From: Patescibacteria group bacterium | GTDB lineage: Bacteria; Patescibacteriota; Minisyncoccia; Phycocordibacterales; SIBU01 | NCBI GenBank assembly: GCA_040390045.1 | Contig: JAZJZC010000001.1 | Span: 254,318-318,317, forward strand | Length of the DNA stretch: 64,000 nt | Reading direction: 5' to 3' | Shown: in pieces, positions 18,896 to 28,795 of the stretch | Position numbering within the stretch: position 1 is the stretch's first letter | How the letters are laid out: each line of letters begins with the position of its first letter | Translations under genes and position numbers: made by a program | Notes under the pieces: model-generated | Told to the model about the DNA's origin: nothing | Seen by the model: only the letters and a program-made list of their open reading frames with translations | The model's database searches: none

Positions 18896-20086
18896 ATGAA
18901 AAAGTGCCATTTGTGTAATAAAAATAAAGCTGTTGAATTTTTAAATCTAGGCAAACAACCACTCGCCAATAAATATCCGGAGAGTGCGACGAAATTTAAA
19001 ACGGAAGACTTTTTTCCACTCGCTGTTTTTTTCTGCACCAACTGTAAAAATGTTCAGCTCGGCACTATTGTTTCTCGAGAAAGAATGTTTGAAGATTATT
19101 ATTACCTCTCGTCGGTGAACCCTGGGTTGGTCAGGCATTTTGAAAAATTTGCTCAAAAAATTAAAAAATCTAAATTTGTGGTGGATGTTGGAAGTAACGA
19201 CGGCATTTTTCTAAAACCCCTCAAAGCCCTCGGTGTGAAAGCCGTTGGTGTTGATCCGTCTATCAATGTCGGCAAAATCGCAAACGATGCGGGACTTACA
19301 ACCATCGTAGCGTTCTTCAATAACGAGAGTGCAGAAACCATCACAAAAAAATACGGGAAACCCGACGTCGTGGTGGCGAGCAGTATTTTCACCCACCTCG
19401 AAGACCCTCATCAATTTATTGACGCAGTAAAGAAACTGATGACAGCCGACGGTGAATTTATTATTGAAGTCGAGTACATCGGCAATATTTTGAAAGATGT
19501 CCAGTTTGAACGATTCTACCTTGATCGAATTTTTTACTATTCCCTCACCTCACTCGCCAATCTTTTCCAAATGCATGGCATGTACGTTTCCGACGTTGAA
19601 GAAATCGAACCACACGGCGGATCTCTTCGTGTCACTGCCAAAAATATCGGCAACGGTAAAAAACCTTCAGCAAAAGTGACAAAACTTTTAAAACAAGAAA
19701 CAGTCACACTTAATCCTAAGAAACTAAAAGAGTTTAAGGAAAGAGTAGAAAGTTATATCAAAGCTTTCCGAGAGAAACTTCTGGAATACAAGAAGGAAAA
19801 ATTAAAAGTTGGCGGGTATGGCGCGCCGGCCCGTGTAGCCACCATTACAAACTTCGGCAAAATCGGACCTGAACTTATCGATTTTATCGTCGATGACAGT
19901 CCACTGAAGCAAAATCGTTTTAGTCCTGGCATGCACATTCCGATTGTACCAAAGGAGCATCTAGCAAAAAATAAACCAGATGTACTCGTCGTGTTTGCAT
20001 ACGAATATTTTGACGATATTAAGAAAAAAACCAAGGAAGGAAAATATCGCTACTTAATCGCCATTCCACCGAGAGAAGTAAAATAA
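18896..20086 (+). CDS. sugar C-methyltransferase (TcaB9/TylC3-like, zinc-ribbon plus class I methyltransferase plus C-terminal domain)
   Basis: N-terminal CHLCNK...CTNCKN zinc ribbon, VVDVGSNDG SAM motif and a C-terminal GYGAPA domain; paralogous to 27018..28415 and 42311..43540. Confidence 0.6.
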   Translation: MKKCHLCNKNKAVEFLNLGKQPLANKYPESATKFKTEDFFPLAVFFCTNCKNVQLGTIVSRERMFEDYYYLSSVNPGLVRHFEKFAQKIKKSKFVVDVGSNDGIFLKPLKALGVKAVGVDPSINVGKIANDAGLTTIVAFFNNESAETITKKYGKPDVVVASSIFTHLEDPHQFIDAVKKLMTADGEFIIEVEYIGNILKDVQFERFYLDRIFYYSLTSLANLFQMHGMYVSDVEEIEPHGGSLRVTAKNIGNGKKPSAKVTKLLKQETVTLNPKKLKEFKERVESYIKAFREKLLEYKKEKLKVGGYGAPARVATITNFGKIGPELIDFIVDDSPLKQNRFSPGMHIPIVPKEHLAKNKPDVLVVFAYEYFDDIKKKTKEGKYRYLIAIPPREVK

Positions 20087-20091
20087 AAACC

Positions 20092-21270
20092 ATGTCACAG
20101 AAAATCATCAACGAAGATATTGCAACCATAGCAAAAGGCTTGGGAAAGGATGCCAAAAAATTTGAAGGCAAGACTATTTTTATGAGCGGTGGTGGCGGGT
20201 TTTTAGGAAAATACATTACCGGCGTACTCTGCTACCTCAACGACAATGTGTTCAACACACCCTGCCGAATTATTTCTGTCGACAACTTTATCACCGGCTC
20301 CCCTCACCCGCATTTCAATTACAAAGGGAGGGCTGATGTTTTGGAAGTTTGGGGCGACATTACCCAACCACTTCCCATCCGTGAACCAATCCACTACATT
20401 ATCCACGCCGCAGGACTCGCCTCTCCAGTTTTTTACAAAAAATATCCGCTTGAAACCATCGACAGCGCGGTGACCGGCGTCAGACATCTACTTGATCTCG
20501 CCAAGAAAAATAAAGATACCATTGAAGGTTTTTTGTTTTTCAGCTCCAGTGAAATTTACGGCGACCCTGACGAAAAAGCTGTGCCAACGCCAGAAACCTA
20601 CCACGGCTACGTTTCTTCTGTCGGTCCTCGCGCTTGTTACGACGAGTCCAAACGTCTCGGCGAAACCATCACCACCATTTATTTTGAGCAATTTGGCATT
20701 CCAGGAAAAATCGTCCGACCGTTCAATGTCTTCGGCCCGGGTATGGGACACAACGATCGCCGCGTGCTTCCGATGTTTGCCTACAAAGCGCTCAATTCAG
20801 AAACCATTCCAGTTCACGGTGATGGTCACCAAACCCGAACTTTTTGTTACATCACTGACGCCATCACCGGCTTTCTCAAGGTGCTTCTCATAGGCCGAGC
20901 CGGTCAAGCCTACAATATTGGCAACGAAGATAACGAAATCTCGATGGCTGACTTGGCCAAACTTTTTGTGGAAATTGAAGGCGGAGGAGCTTCATTTGAA
21001 CTCATCCCCTATCCAGCAACCTACCCAGGCGGTGAGCCACAGAGACGCTGTCCTGATCTCACTAAGGCTGAAGTTGATCTCGCGTATAAATCAGCAGTGA
21101 GTCTCAAAGATGGCTTAACTCGTTTTATCGATTGGTGCCGAACTCAAGAAATGTATGTTGGGAAAGCACCCGGAGCTAAAACGGAAAGTATAAAAAAATC
21201 TGCGCCCAAGAAAAAAACGAAAAAAGTTGCACCTAAGAAAAAATCTTCAAAATCTAAAAAAACTCGATGA
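20092..21270 (+). CDS. NAD-dependent epimerase/dehydratase (UDP-glucuronate decarboxylase-like SDR) with lysine-rich C-terminal tail
   Basis: IFMSGGGGFLGK Rossmann motif, YDESKR catalytic motif; C-terminal tail KKSAPKKKTKKVAPKKKSSKSKKTR. Confidence 0.65.
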   Translation: MSQKIINEDIATIAKGLGKDAKKFEGKTIFMSGGGGFLGKYITGVLCYLNDNVFNTPCRIISVDNFITGSPHPHFNYKGRADVLEVWGDITQPLPIREPIHYIIHAAGLASPVFYKKYPLETIDSAVTGVRHLLDLAKKNKDTIEGFLFFSSSEIYGDPDEKAVPTPETYHGYVSSVGPRACYDESKRLGETITTIYFEQFGIPGKIVRPFNVFGPGMGHNDRRVLPMFAYKALNSETIPVHGDGHQTRTFCYITDAITGFLKVLLIGRAGQAYNIGNEDNEISMADLAKLFVEIEGGGASFELIPYPATYPGGEPQRRCPDLTKAEVDLAYKSAVSLKDGLTRFIDWCRTQEMYVGKAPGAKTESIKKSAPKKKTKKVAPKKKSSKSKKTR

Positions 21271-22157
21271 TCCTAGGACTTATCGGTGTTGGTACATGGG
21301 GAAAAAATATTCTCGCAACCCTTGAAAAAATTCCAAATGTCGAGGTGAAATATCTCTGCGCCAAAAATCCAGAATCGCTCGTAGGCTTCGAAAAGAAATA
21401 CGAAAAAATTTCTGATTGGCGGAAACTTCTCGATAAACCTGATCTTGATGGAGTTTGCATCGCGACACCACCAGCCACTCATGCTGAAATTGCCGCGGCT
21501 TTTGTAGAACGCGGTAAAGCAGTGTTAGTCGAAAAACCGATGGTGACAAACCTTGAAGATGCCCTCAAACTACAAGCCATTGTACAAAAGAAAAGTTCCC
21601 TCCTCATGGTTGGTTTCGAATATCTTTTCAACGACCACATCACCTATCTAAAAAAAGAAATTGAGAAAGGAACTTTTGGAAAAATTCTGGAGGTCACCTA
21701 CGAGCATTATGTAAGCCCCTCGCGATCTGACGTTGATATTTTTTGGGATGTTGCTCCACACCCGTTTTCCATTTTTCAGTATTTATTCAATCCAGAAAAA
21801 TTAACCTCCTCCGAAGGAAAAATCGAGCGTGAGATAGTCTCGGTAAAAATTCAATTTCAAAATTCTCCACTGCTTGAAATCAATGCTACCTCTTCCGGTT
21901 CCACCAAAACTCGAAAACTTGTTTTGCTGGGTGAAAATGCCACGGCGACACTAGACGAAACAGTAACCGAAAATAAATTATCGATCATTAAAAACGGCAA
22001 AATTCTGTTCCCGGAAATACGCGCTTCCGCCCCACTTCAAAACGAACTCGAACATTTTATTCAGTGTATACAGTCCGGCAAAACGCCACTCACCGATGTT
22101 GATTTCGGTTGCAAGATTACGGAGTGGCTCGAAACAATTTCAAAAAATCAAAAATAA
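21267..22157 (+). CDS. Gfo/Idh/MocA family oxidoreductase
   Basis: N-terminal GLIGVGTWGKN Rossmann motif, EKP motif in VLVEKPMV. Confidence 0.7.
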   Translation: MILGLIGVGTWGKNILATLEKIPNVEVKYLCAKNPESLVGFEKKYEKISDWRKLLDKPDLDGVCIATPPATHAEIAAAFVERGKAVLVEKPMVTNLEDALKLQAIVQKKSSLLMVGFEYLFNDHITYLKKEIEKGTFGKILEVTYEHYVSPSRSDVDIFWDVAPHPFSIFQYLFNPEKLTSSEGKIEREIVSVKIQFQNSPLLEINATSSGSTKTRKLVLLGENATATLDETVTENKLSIIKNGKILFPEIRASAPLQNELEHFIQCIQSGKTPLTDVDFGCKITEWLETISKNQK

Positions 22158-22177
22158 TTTCTTGATTTCGTTTTAGT

Positions 22178-22251
22178 CATATACCCCTTATTCGTGAGAA
22201 TAAGGGGTATATGGTAAAAAATAAAATCCCCGCAAGCAAACTTGCGGGGAT
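22178..22251. terminator. two adjacent stem-loops between convergent genes
   Basis: CATATACCCCTTATTC-GTGA-GAATAAGGGGTATATG (15-bp perfect stem) followed by TCCCCGCAAG-CAAA-CTTGCGGGGA. Confidence 0.6.
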
Positions 22252-22267
22252 AGAAAAATCTTCAGAA

Positions 22268-22993
22268 CTAACTTCCCGAGTCGCGCCACTCAAGGTACTG
22301 CAACGCACGAGTGATACTCACAAGGTCGCCTTTCGCCTCATATGTGTGAATGCGCTGGAGCTCGGTCGCGATCAACTGCCGTCGTGTACCTCTCAGCGTC
22401 CCTTGCGAATGGGCGACCGTTTCAGCCCAAGGCAAGGTAGCGCCAACTTGGCAATAGATCTTGAGTGTGGGAACACCGACATCGTACGCTGCGCTCACCG
22501 CCGAGATAAACGCGCGGGGCAGGTGGAACGGCGGCGCGATGATGCACAACTTCGAAAGGTGGTGATGTTGGGCATATTTCATCAATGCCAGCGATTCGGA
22601 GAAGGTATTGAGTGGCTCGAAACAGGGCACCATGTTGATTTTTTCCCTACGAACACCGCATGACACAAAGTGCGTAATCCACGGATAAGAACCGGGGTAA
22701 CCCTTGTTTGTGCCATCTGCGTCGTCAAGAATCAGCAACTGAGATACTCCGCCGGAGAGGCTGAGCCGAATCGCCGGCACAAAGACGGAACCCTGGTTAT
22801 CTGACGTCTGAGTGTACAGATACGCCGGCATATGACTCTCGGGCGGCAACGCGTCCGTTAGGACGATGGTGGTGAGTTGCTGAAGCAGTATTTCTTCTGG
22901 GCTAATTTGGTGGGCCACAAAGCCTCCTTTTGGTTGAATTTTGACGGACAATCCTTGAAACCTCTCGCACGAGCGGTTTCTGATCTGGCACAA
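22268..22993 (-). CDS. DUF218/YdcF-like protein (GC-rich island paralog 1)
   Basis: CIIAPPFHLPRAF and the upstream EPLNTFSESLALMKY region fit DUF218; the N-terminal region is alignable to paralog 45530..46177; no in-frame ATG near the 5' end (TTG at 22993 or GTG), so the start is uncertain. Confidence 0.45.
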   Translation of the reverse strand: MCQIRNRSCERFQGLSVKIQPKGGFVAHQISPEEILLQQLTTIVLTDALPPESHMPAYLYTQTSDNQGSVFVPAIRLSLSGGVSQLLILDDADGTNKGYPGSYPWITHFVSCGVRREKINMVPCFEPLNTFSESLALMKYAQHHHLSKLCIIAPPFHLPRAFISAVSAAYDVGVPTLKIYCQVGATLPWAETVAHSQGTLRGTRRQLIATELQRIHTYEAKGDLVSITRALQYLEWRDSGS

Positions 22994-23115
22994 TTCTACA
23001 CAGATTTGTTACTGTGTCAATGACTCCTTCTGTTCCTCCTTCTTAAAGGAGGTGGCTGAGTCTTCGAGGCCGGAGGATTTTAAATCCCTCCCTCATTAGA
23101 ATGTCGCGCTCCCTT

Positions 23116-24294
23116 TTAAAAGGGAGCATTAACCGACACAAAATCGATAATCCTCTTAGCTCTTTTATCCCAGGTTAAATCTAAAACTTTTTGAAAAGCC
23201 TGTTCGGCAATGCGCGCACCAAAACCCTCGTCATTCAAAACTTTTTCAATCCCCTCTTGTAAACTTTCCATGCTATCCGGCGCTACAAAAACCGCAGTGC
23301 TCTCTTCTAAAATTTCTCGCACTGCCGGCAAATCTGAAGTGACAATCGGTCGGCGCGCCGCCATGTATTCAAACATTTTCATCGGCGACATAAAATTTCG
23401 GTAATATTCTGTGTTTGGATAATTCATCACGAGCACATCCGAAGCTCGCATAAACTTTGCCACGTCCACATGCGAAACATGCTCGATCAACGTAAACGCT
23501 TCCATTGGAATTTTTTCTCGTGAAAGTATTTTGCCAAGCTCATCTTTTTCATCATCACTCAAGCCAACAATAAGAAGGTGCGCGTCAGTTCTCTGCACCT
23601 GAACTAATCTAAAAGCAGCCACTAAAGAATCGACACCCTTATCCATTCCCATAGTTTTATATTTCCCGACATAGGCCACAATTTTAGCGTCCGCCGGTAA
23701 TTTTAAAATCTCGCGCAACTGCGCTTTTGATTCCCCTCCTGAAAAAATTCCGAGATCAACTCCGTTCGGCGCTACCAAAATTTTCTCAGGGTTAAATCCC
23801 GCCTTCACAAAATCATTTTTGATAATGGAATTTACGGTAATCACCTTCTCCGCTCTTTTTAATAACGGGAGCATTCGTCTGCGGTATGCACCAATACCGA
23901 CATGCGTTTCAAAAATCACGCGGTACCCGAGAAACGTCAAAAGGCAGCCCAAATTGTCCATCGTGTAAATAATGCGTTTGCGCGATCCAAAAAGAAAAAA
24001 TAGTAGAACCAACTTATAAAAATGTAGATATTGAAAAACAAATGCCAATCTGCCCAACACGTTACCAAAAATTAAAAAATCAAAACTCCAAATTTTCCGG
24101 ACTCGAAAGGGCGTCTGTACGGAGTAATACTGCATCGGGTCAATTTTAATTTCTTTGAAACGCTTCGGCACAACAAGTTCCACCTCAAGTCCTTGCGCGG
24201 AGAGCGATTCACAAAACCTCGCCAAATAACTGCTATGTGCGGCAGTACTGGGAAATCTGGTGTTGCACAAAACTGTAATTTTGGTTCCCATCAT
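23116..24294 (-). CDS. GT4 family glycosyltransferase
   Basis: Two-Rossmann GT-B architecture; its C-terminal codons lie inside a perfect palindrome GCTCCCTTTTAAAAGGGAGC. Confidence 0.65.
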   Translation of the reverse strand: MMGTKITVLCNTRFPSTAAHSSYLARFCESLSAQGLEVELVVPKRFKEIKIDPMQYYSVQTPFRVRKIWSFDFLIFGNVLGRLAFVFQYLHFYKLVLLFFLFGSRKRIIYTMDNLGCLLTFLGYRVIFETHVGIGAYRRRMLPLLKRAEKVITVNSIIKNDFVKAGFNPEKILVAPNGVDLGIFSGGESKAQLREILKLPADAKIVAYVGKYKTMGMDKGVDSLVAAFRLVQVQRTDAHLLIVGLSDDEKDELGKILSREKIPMEAFTLIEHVSHVDVAKFMRASDVLVMNYPNTEYYRNFMSPMKMFEYMAARRPIVTSDLPAVREILEESTAVFVAPDSMESLQEGIEKVLNDEGFGARIAEQAFQKVLDLTWDKRAKRIIDFVSVNAPF

Positions 24295-25358
24295 TTTTTA
24301 TCTACAACCTGTCTAAAAATTCCTGCTAAATTTTCCGCTAACTTTTTTGTAGTATACCTTTCTGATCTGGTTTTTGCTCGTTCGCCGAGTCGAACCGCGA
24401 ACGCTTGATCAGCCAACAATCTTTCAATAGCTTTTCGTAACGCTCCGGGATTTTCCGCTGGGACAATCAAGCCTTCTCCTTGATCGCTGAAATAATCAGC
24501 AAGTGTTTCCCGCTCGCTTGCAACAATAGCTTTTCCGAGCGACATGGCGTCGAGTAACACGTATTGTCCCGAACAATCAGAGGCGTCTAGATGCTTCTCA
24601 CTTTTAGTTGGAATAACCACAAAAAGCGCTTCCCTATACAACTCTACAAGTTTAGGAAAAGCTACAAAACCCAAAACTTTCAAGTTCGGTGGAATATTTT
24701 TCACACCACTGAGATTTCTCGGCAAGGCGGCAACTCTCACTTCAATTGGCAAATCTTTCACTGCCTCGGCGAGCGTTTGATAATCTCGTCCGTTGTCTTT
24801 CCCAACGCTCAAAATGAAAGGTTTTGTGTTTCGAGAAGGTTCAATTTTTCGTGACATGAATTCAATATCAATACCGTTCGGCACAAAAAATATTTTAGTG
24901 GCGTCAAACCCCTCGGCAATTAAAAAATCCCGCTGAGCGGTCGAAGGACAAACAATCGCATCGAGCGAGGCAATGGTTTTTCGCAAAAGCCAAAGCTTGA
25001 ACTTGTTGTCTGAATTTCTTTTTAAAGTATTCGTAAAAAAAGTATTGTACCAAACGAACTTCGGTCGTTTCATCCGCAAAATAACCTTCGCAACAAGCGG
25101 CAAAAAAAGCGACGCGCCGGAAAAGACAACATCGTATCGAAAAAGCGCTGGCAACAAAAAAAGATTGGTTAGATTAAAATTTTTCTTCCGAATGTAATTA
25201 AGAAAACGGTTTTCAATATACCGCGCGTCCACTCCGAAATCTTTCAAATGATTAAACCCTATCAAATGACTATCAGGCATAGCTCCCTTTTCCCAATCGG
25301 CCAAAAGTTTCCGCCGTTCGCCTGCGAAAAGATAGAGTACGTTAGTGTTGGCAGTCAT
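24291..25358 (-). CDS. GT4 family glycosyltransferase
   Basis: VPNGIDIEF, ILSVGKDNGRDY and a C-terminal E-x7-E-like region; ATG at 25358 (MTANTNVLYLFAG) preferred over the longer ORF. Confidence 0.6.
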   Translation of the reverse strand: MTANTNVLYLFAGERRKLLADWEKGAMPDSHLIGFNHLKDFGVDARYIENRFLNYIRKKNFNLTNLFLLPALFRYDVVFSGASLFLPLVAKVILRMKRPKFVWYNTFFTNTLKRNSDNKFKLWLLRKTIASLDAIVCPSTAQRDFLIAEGFDATKIFFVPNGIDIEFMSRKIEPSRNTKPFILSVGKDNGRDYQTLAEAVKDLPIEVRVAALPRNLSGVKNIPPNLKVLGFVAFPKLVELYREALFVVIPTKSEKHLDASDCSGQYVLLDAMSLGKAIVASERETLADYFSDQGEGLIVPAENPGALRKAIERLLADQAFAVRLGERAKTRSERYTTKKLAENLAGIFRQVVDKK

Positions 25359-25470
25359 AGATTGTTTGAAATTGAACCCAAATGATAGCACAAACTGTAC
25401 ATTGGGAAATAACTTGAATGTCTGTAACAAAAATGCTACTTTGCCAAAAGAATCGTAGAAAAGGAACAAC

Positions 25471-26142
25471 ATGAAAAAAAGACTTCTGCAGAAGTATGCA
25501 GCGTTGGTGCGCGTGGTTCGCGAGGAACACATAAAGGCTGGCATGGAAGCGCAGGGACACTGCTTCTATCACTGCTATGCGGCAGCCAATATGTGTCTCA
25601 CAATTGCGCCGAACAGAAAAATTGCTGAATTGGCGTGGGTAGCGGCGATGCTCCACAACATTGACCACATTTTCGGTAAAAACGTCGTCCAGTGGTACAT
25701 CAATCGCTATCTGGACCTGACGCCCCTTTGCAAACCCGAGAGAGCAATTATTCTCGACGCTGTGCTCAAGCATGGAGACTTCAATTACTCGACCGACGGC
25801 ATTGTCCTTCGAGTCCTGAAGGATGCGGACATGATCGTGAACATGGGACTCACGGTCGCCATGCGCTCCGCCCGGTTTCGCCCGACTACACCGCTTTTCA
25901 ATCCGCGATTTCTCATGCGACGCGATCCTTCAGCAACGTTCAAAGAGCCGGGCACGATCCTCCAAAATCTCAACCACGTTCTCGCGTGGTGGGAAGATGG
26001 TTGGATCCGCCTGCCGAAATCGAAACCCATCGCTCGGCGGAGGTACAAGGCGCTTAGGGCTTATGTCAATGAACTGACCCGACAGCTTGTGGAAGAAGGT
26101 CTGCTCCGGCCGAAGTTCCCCAAAAAACTCATCGTCACCTAA
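25471..26142 (+). CDS. hypothetical protein, tandem paralog A (GC-rich island)
   Basis: His-rich motifs HCFYHC, LHNIDH, KDADM; clearly paralogous to 26278..26961 (shared ELAWVA, LHNIDH/IHNVDH, WIRLPK/WFRLPK); its own terminator follows. Confidence 0.45.
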   Translation: MKKRLLQKYAALVRVVREEHIKAGMEAQGHCFYHCYAAANMCLTIAPNRKIAELAWVAAMLHNIDHIFGKNVVQWYINRYLDLTPLCKPERAIILDAVLKHGDFNYSTDGIVLRVLKDADMIVNMGLTVAMRSARFRPTTPLFNPRFLMRRDPSATFKEPGTILQNLNHVLAWWEDGWIRLPKSKPIARRRYKALRAYVNELTRQLVEEGLLRPKFPKKLIVT

Positions 26143-26151
26143 CAAAAAACG

Positions 26152-26190
26152 CGACCGTTCCGATCAACATCGGAACGGTTTTTCTTTTTT
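26152..26190 (+). terminator. Rho-independent terminator
   Basis: GACCGTTCCGAT-CAACAT-CGGAACGGTT followed by a T-run. Confidence 0.65.
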
Positions 26191-26277
26191 CTCTACCTTC
26201 CCGCACACTATTGACTCAATCCAAAATACATGTTAATGTGCCGTCTAGTTAGAAAACGAAATTCGGTCTTAGAAAAA

Positions 26278-26961
26278 ATGAAACCTCAGAATATCCTACT
26301 ATCCCGATATGGGACATTGGTGGAAATGGTTAGGGCGGATCACATCGCAAAAGGAGCGATCGGCAAAGGACATGACTTCTATCACGCATTACGCGTGGCA
26401 AACATGTGCCTCAAAATTAGCGACTATGACTCCCTGATTGATGAGCTGGCCTGGGTTGCTGGGTTAATTCACAACGTCGATCATCTGTTCCCAGCAAACG
26501 AAATCGGCAGTAACCTTATCCGGTATTTTGATGCGACCAGCCTCTGCGCCGAATACCGCCACATCATAAAGCTCGCGGTTGAACGGCACAGTGGCCGCAA
26601 TCATCCGGACGACAGCGATGTGCAAATCTGCCTCATGGACGCCGACAAAGTGGTGTGCCTCGAAGCTGACGTGATTATGCGCGCGGCACAATTTGTTTGC
26701 CATCTGCCGACGTTTGATCCGCGTTTTGTTCGGACCGACGATCCATCAGCCAATTACCGGAACCCGAAAACGGTGATTCGTGATTTGTTAGGTGTCCTTG
26801 AATGGGTCGATCTAGATGGCTGGTTCCGACTGCCTAAAGCTCTGGAGATGGCACAGGAGCGCGCAAAGTTCATCCGACTTTTCATCAACACCTTCGCCAG
26901 ACAACTGGAGGCCGCGAACATGCTATCGCCGGAATTTCCGGAAGAGCTTATCACCAACTAA
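26278..26961 (+). CDS. hypothetical protein, tandem paralog B (GC-rich island)
   Basis: Start at ATG 26278 by alignment with paralog A (MKPQNILLSRYGTLVEMV vs MKKRLLQKYAALVRVV); its own terminator follows. Confidence 0.45.
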   Translation: MKPQNILLSRYGTLVEMVRADHIAKGAIGKGHDFYHALRVANMCLKISDYDSLIDELAWVAGLIHNVDHLFPANEIGSNLIRYFDATSLCAEYRHIIKLAVERHSGRNHPDDSDVQICLMDADKVVCLEADVIMRAAQFVCHLPTFDPRFVRTDDPSANYRNPKTVIRDLLGVLEWVDLDGWFRLPKALEMAQERAKFIRLFINTFARQLEAANMLSPEFPEELITN

Positions 26962-26975
26962 CGCGAAACCTTTCA

Positions 26976-27008
26976 CAACCGCCCTTGTAACCAAGGCGGT
27001 TTTTCTTT
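26976..27008 (+). terminator. Rho-independent terminator
   Basis: AACCGCCCTTG-TAACC-AAGGCGGTT followed by TTTTCTTT. Confidence 0.65.
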
Positions 27009-27017
27009 GGTTATATT

Positions 27018-28415
27018 ATGATTGAAACATTGCAAAACCCTTGGAAATATGCCAAAATTTGGCACTATCGTACTATGAAATCTCACAAAAAAAGCCCGAA
27101 AAATATAGATCTTCAAGCGGAAGCCCTGAAAGATCTCTACGAGGTTGCTACTGTCTGCAGAATGTGTAAAAGCACTGACCTATTCCCTTATCTTGATTTG
27201 GGATTTACACCACATGCCGACCAATTTCGCGCCGCGCATGAACTTGATATTCCGGAAATTTTTTACCCGCTTCGCGTCCTCATGTGTGAGAATTGCGGAC
27301 TTTCCCAATTGAGCCACATTGTTAATCCAAAAGTTCTGTATCAATTTGATTACCCTTACGAACAATCCATGACCAAAACTGGTCAGGCGCACTGGAATGG
27401 ATTTGCCCAATCGGTAATTTCGAAATTAAACCTGAAGAAAGGCGACGTGGTTGTCGACATTGGCAGTAACGTCGGAACTCTTTTGAAATCTTTTAAAACG
27501 CTTGGTATGAAAACTATCGGTGTTGATCCAGCGCCAAACATTGTAGAAATTGCCAACAAAGAACACGGCATCCAAACTCTCTGCGATTTTTTCGGCACAA
27601 AAAGCGCTAAGAAAGTGAAAAAATTAGTTGGTCCGGTTTCAGTTGTAGTTGGCGCCAACGTCTTCGCTCATATTCACGATTTGGACGACGTAATGCGCGC
27701 GGTAAAATTTCTCCTAAAAAAAGATGGGGTTTTTATTTTTGAATCTCCCTATTTCAAACACCTCGTCGACTCTCTTGAATACGACACGATCTACCACGAA
27801 CATCTCTCGTATCTTTCGGTAAAACCCTTGATTCCATTTTTTAATAAATTCGGTCTTGAAGTTTTCTCAGTTGAAGAAACCGACATTCACGGCGGCTCGT
27901 TCCGAGTATTTGTCGGCAGAAAAGGCGTACACCCGATTGATGCCAGCGTCCAAAAATTTGTTACGATCGAAAAAGAAACCAAACTTCACGAAAAAGAAAC
28001 CATGCTCGATTTTGCCAAACGCGTCCGAAAAAATCGCGACGACTTAATGACCATGATTGAAAAACTTTTACACCAAGGTAAAAAAGTCGCCGCAGTTTCC
28101 GCTCCCGCCAAAGGCATGACGCTTCTTAATTACATTGGAATTTCCAATCGCCACATCACACTTATCTCCGAAAAAGCGCGCCTCAAAATTGGCCGTTTTG
28201 CTCCGGGAGGCCATGGTGGTGGACACATTCCGGTTGTATCTGATGAAGAACTGCTCAAAGAAAATGTTGATTATGCGCTTCTCCTTGCCTGGAATTTTTC
28301 CAAAGAAATTATTGATAACCTAAAAACCTTCAGCGACAAGGGTGGAAAATTTATTATCCCAATTCCCTTCCCGAAAATCGTAGGAGCTAACGAGTACAAA
28401 AAGAATGATAATTAA
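27018..28415 (+). CDS. sugar C-methyltransferase (TcaB9-like) paralog 2
   Basis: CRMCKS...CENCG zinc ribbon, VVDIGSNVG SAM motif, C-terminal domain as in the other paralogs; longer N-terminus, start uncertain (27018 or 27075). Confidence 0.6.
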   Translation: MIETLQNPWKYAKIWHYRTMKSHKKSPKNIDLQAEALKDLYEVATVCRMCKSTDLFPYLDLGFTPHADQFRAAHELDIPEIFYPLRVLMCENCGLSQLSHIVNPKVLYQFDYPYEQSMTKTGQAHWNGFAQSVISKLNLKKGDVVVDIGSNVGTLLKSFKTLGMKTIGVDPAPNIVEIANKEHGIQTLCDFFGTKSAKKVKKLVGPVSVVVGANVFAHIHDLDDVMRAVKFLLKKDGVFIFESPYFKHLVDSLEYDTIYHEHLSYLSVKPLIPFFNKFGLEVFSVEETDIHGGSFRVFVGRKGVHPIDASVQKFVTIEKETKLHEKETMLDFAKRVRKNRDDLMTMIEKLLHQGKKVAAVSAPAKGMTLLNYIGISNRHITLISEKARLKIGRFAPGGHGGGHIPVVSDEELLKENVDYALLLAWNFSKEIIDNLKTFSDKGGKFIIPIPFPKIVGANEYKKNDN

Positions 28416-28791
28416 ACATCTAAAAAATAATTTTGAGGACGAACGTGGGATTATTCACGACATTACAACCCACACACTGATTGATGCTATTACCTACATC
28501 ACCTTTAAAAAAGAAAGCGTGCGAGGCAATCACTTCCACAACAAGACGATGCAGTATGATTATATTTTGGAAGGCAAATTTCTCTGCCGTTCAAGAAAAG
28601 GCTACGATGGCAAAGTGGAAGAAGCTACCGTTTCTGCCGGCGATCTCATCACTCACGAATTCCCCGACCATCACGCCTACAAAGCGCTTGAAAATGGAGT
28701 AATGATAAGTTGCACGTTGGGACCAAGACAGGGTGATGAATTTGAAACTGATGTTGTCAGACTCACAGGGAAAGAGAAACTCATTGATTAA
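28405..28791 (+). CDS. cupin-fold sugar 3,4-ketoisomerase (FdtA/QdtA-like)
   Basis: 128 aa; the RGNHFHNK motif matches the RGxHAH active site of the WxcM/FdtA family; it immediately follows a C-methyltransferase. Confidence 0.5.
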   Translation: MIIKHLKNNFEDERGIIHDITTHTLIDAITYITFKKESVRGNHFHNKTMQYDYILEGKFLCRSRKGYDGKVEEATVSAGDLITHEFPDHHAYKALENGVMISCTLGPRQGDEFETDVVRLTGKEKLID

Positions 28792-28795
28792 TTTA

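Noticed and set aside
23030-23127. Hairpins downstream of GT4 gene 23116..24294 as an intrinsic terminator
   Set aside because: The stem GCTCCCTTTTAAAAGGGAGC overlaps the last codons, and no U-run follows on the transcribed strand. The neighbouring CCTCCTT/AAGGAGG hairpin is also not followed by a U-run.
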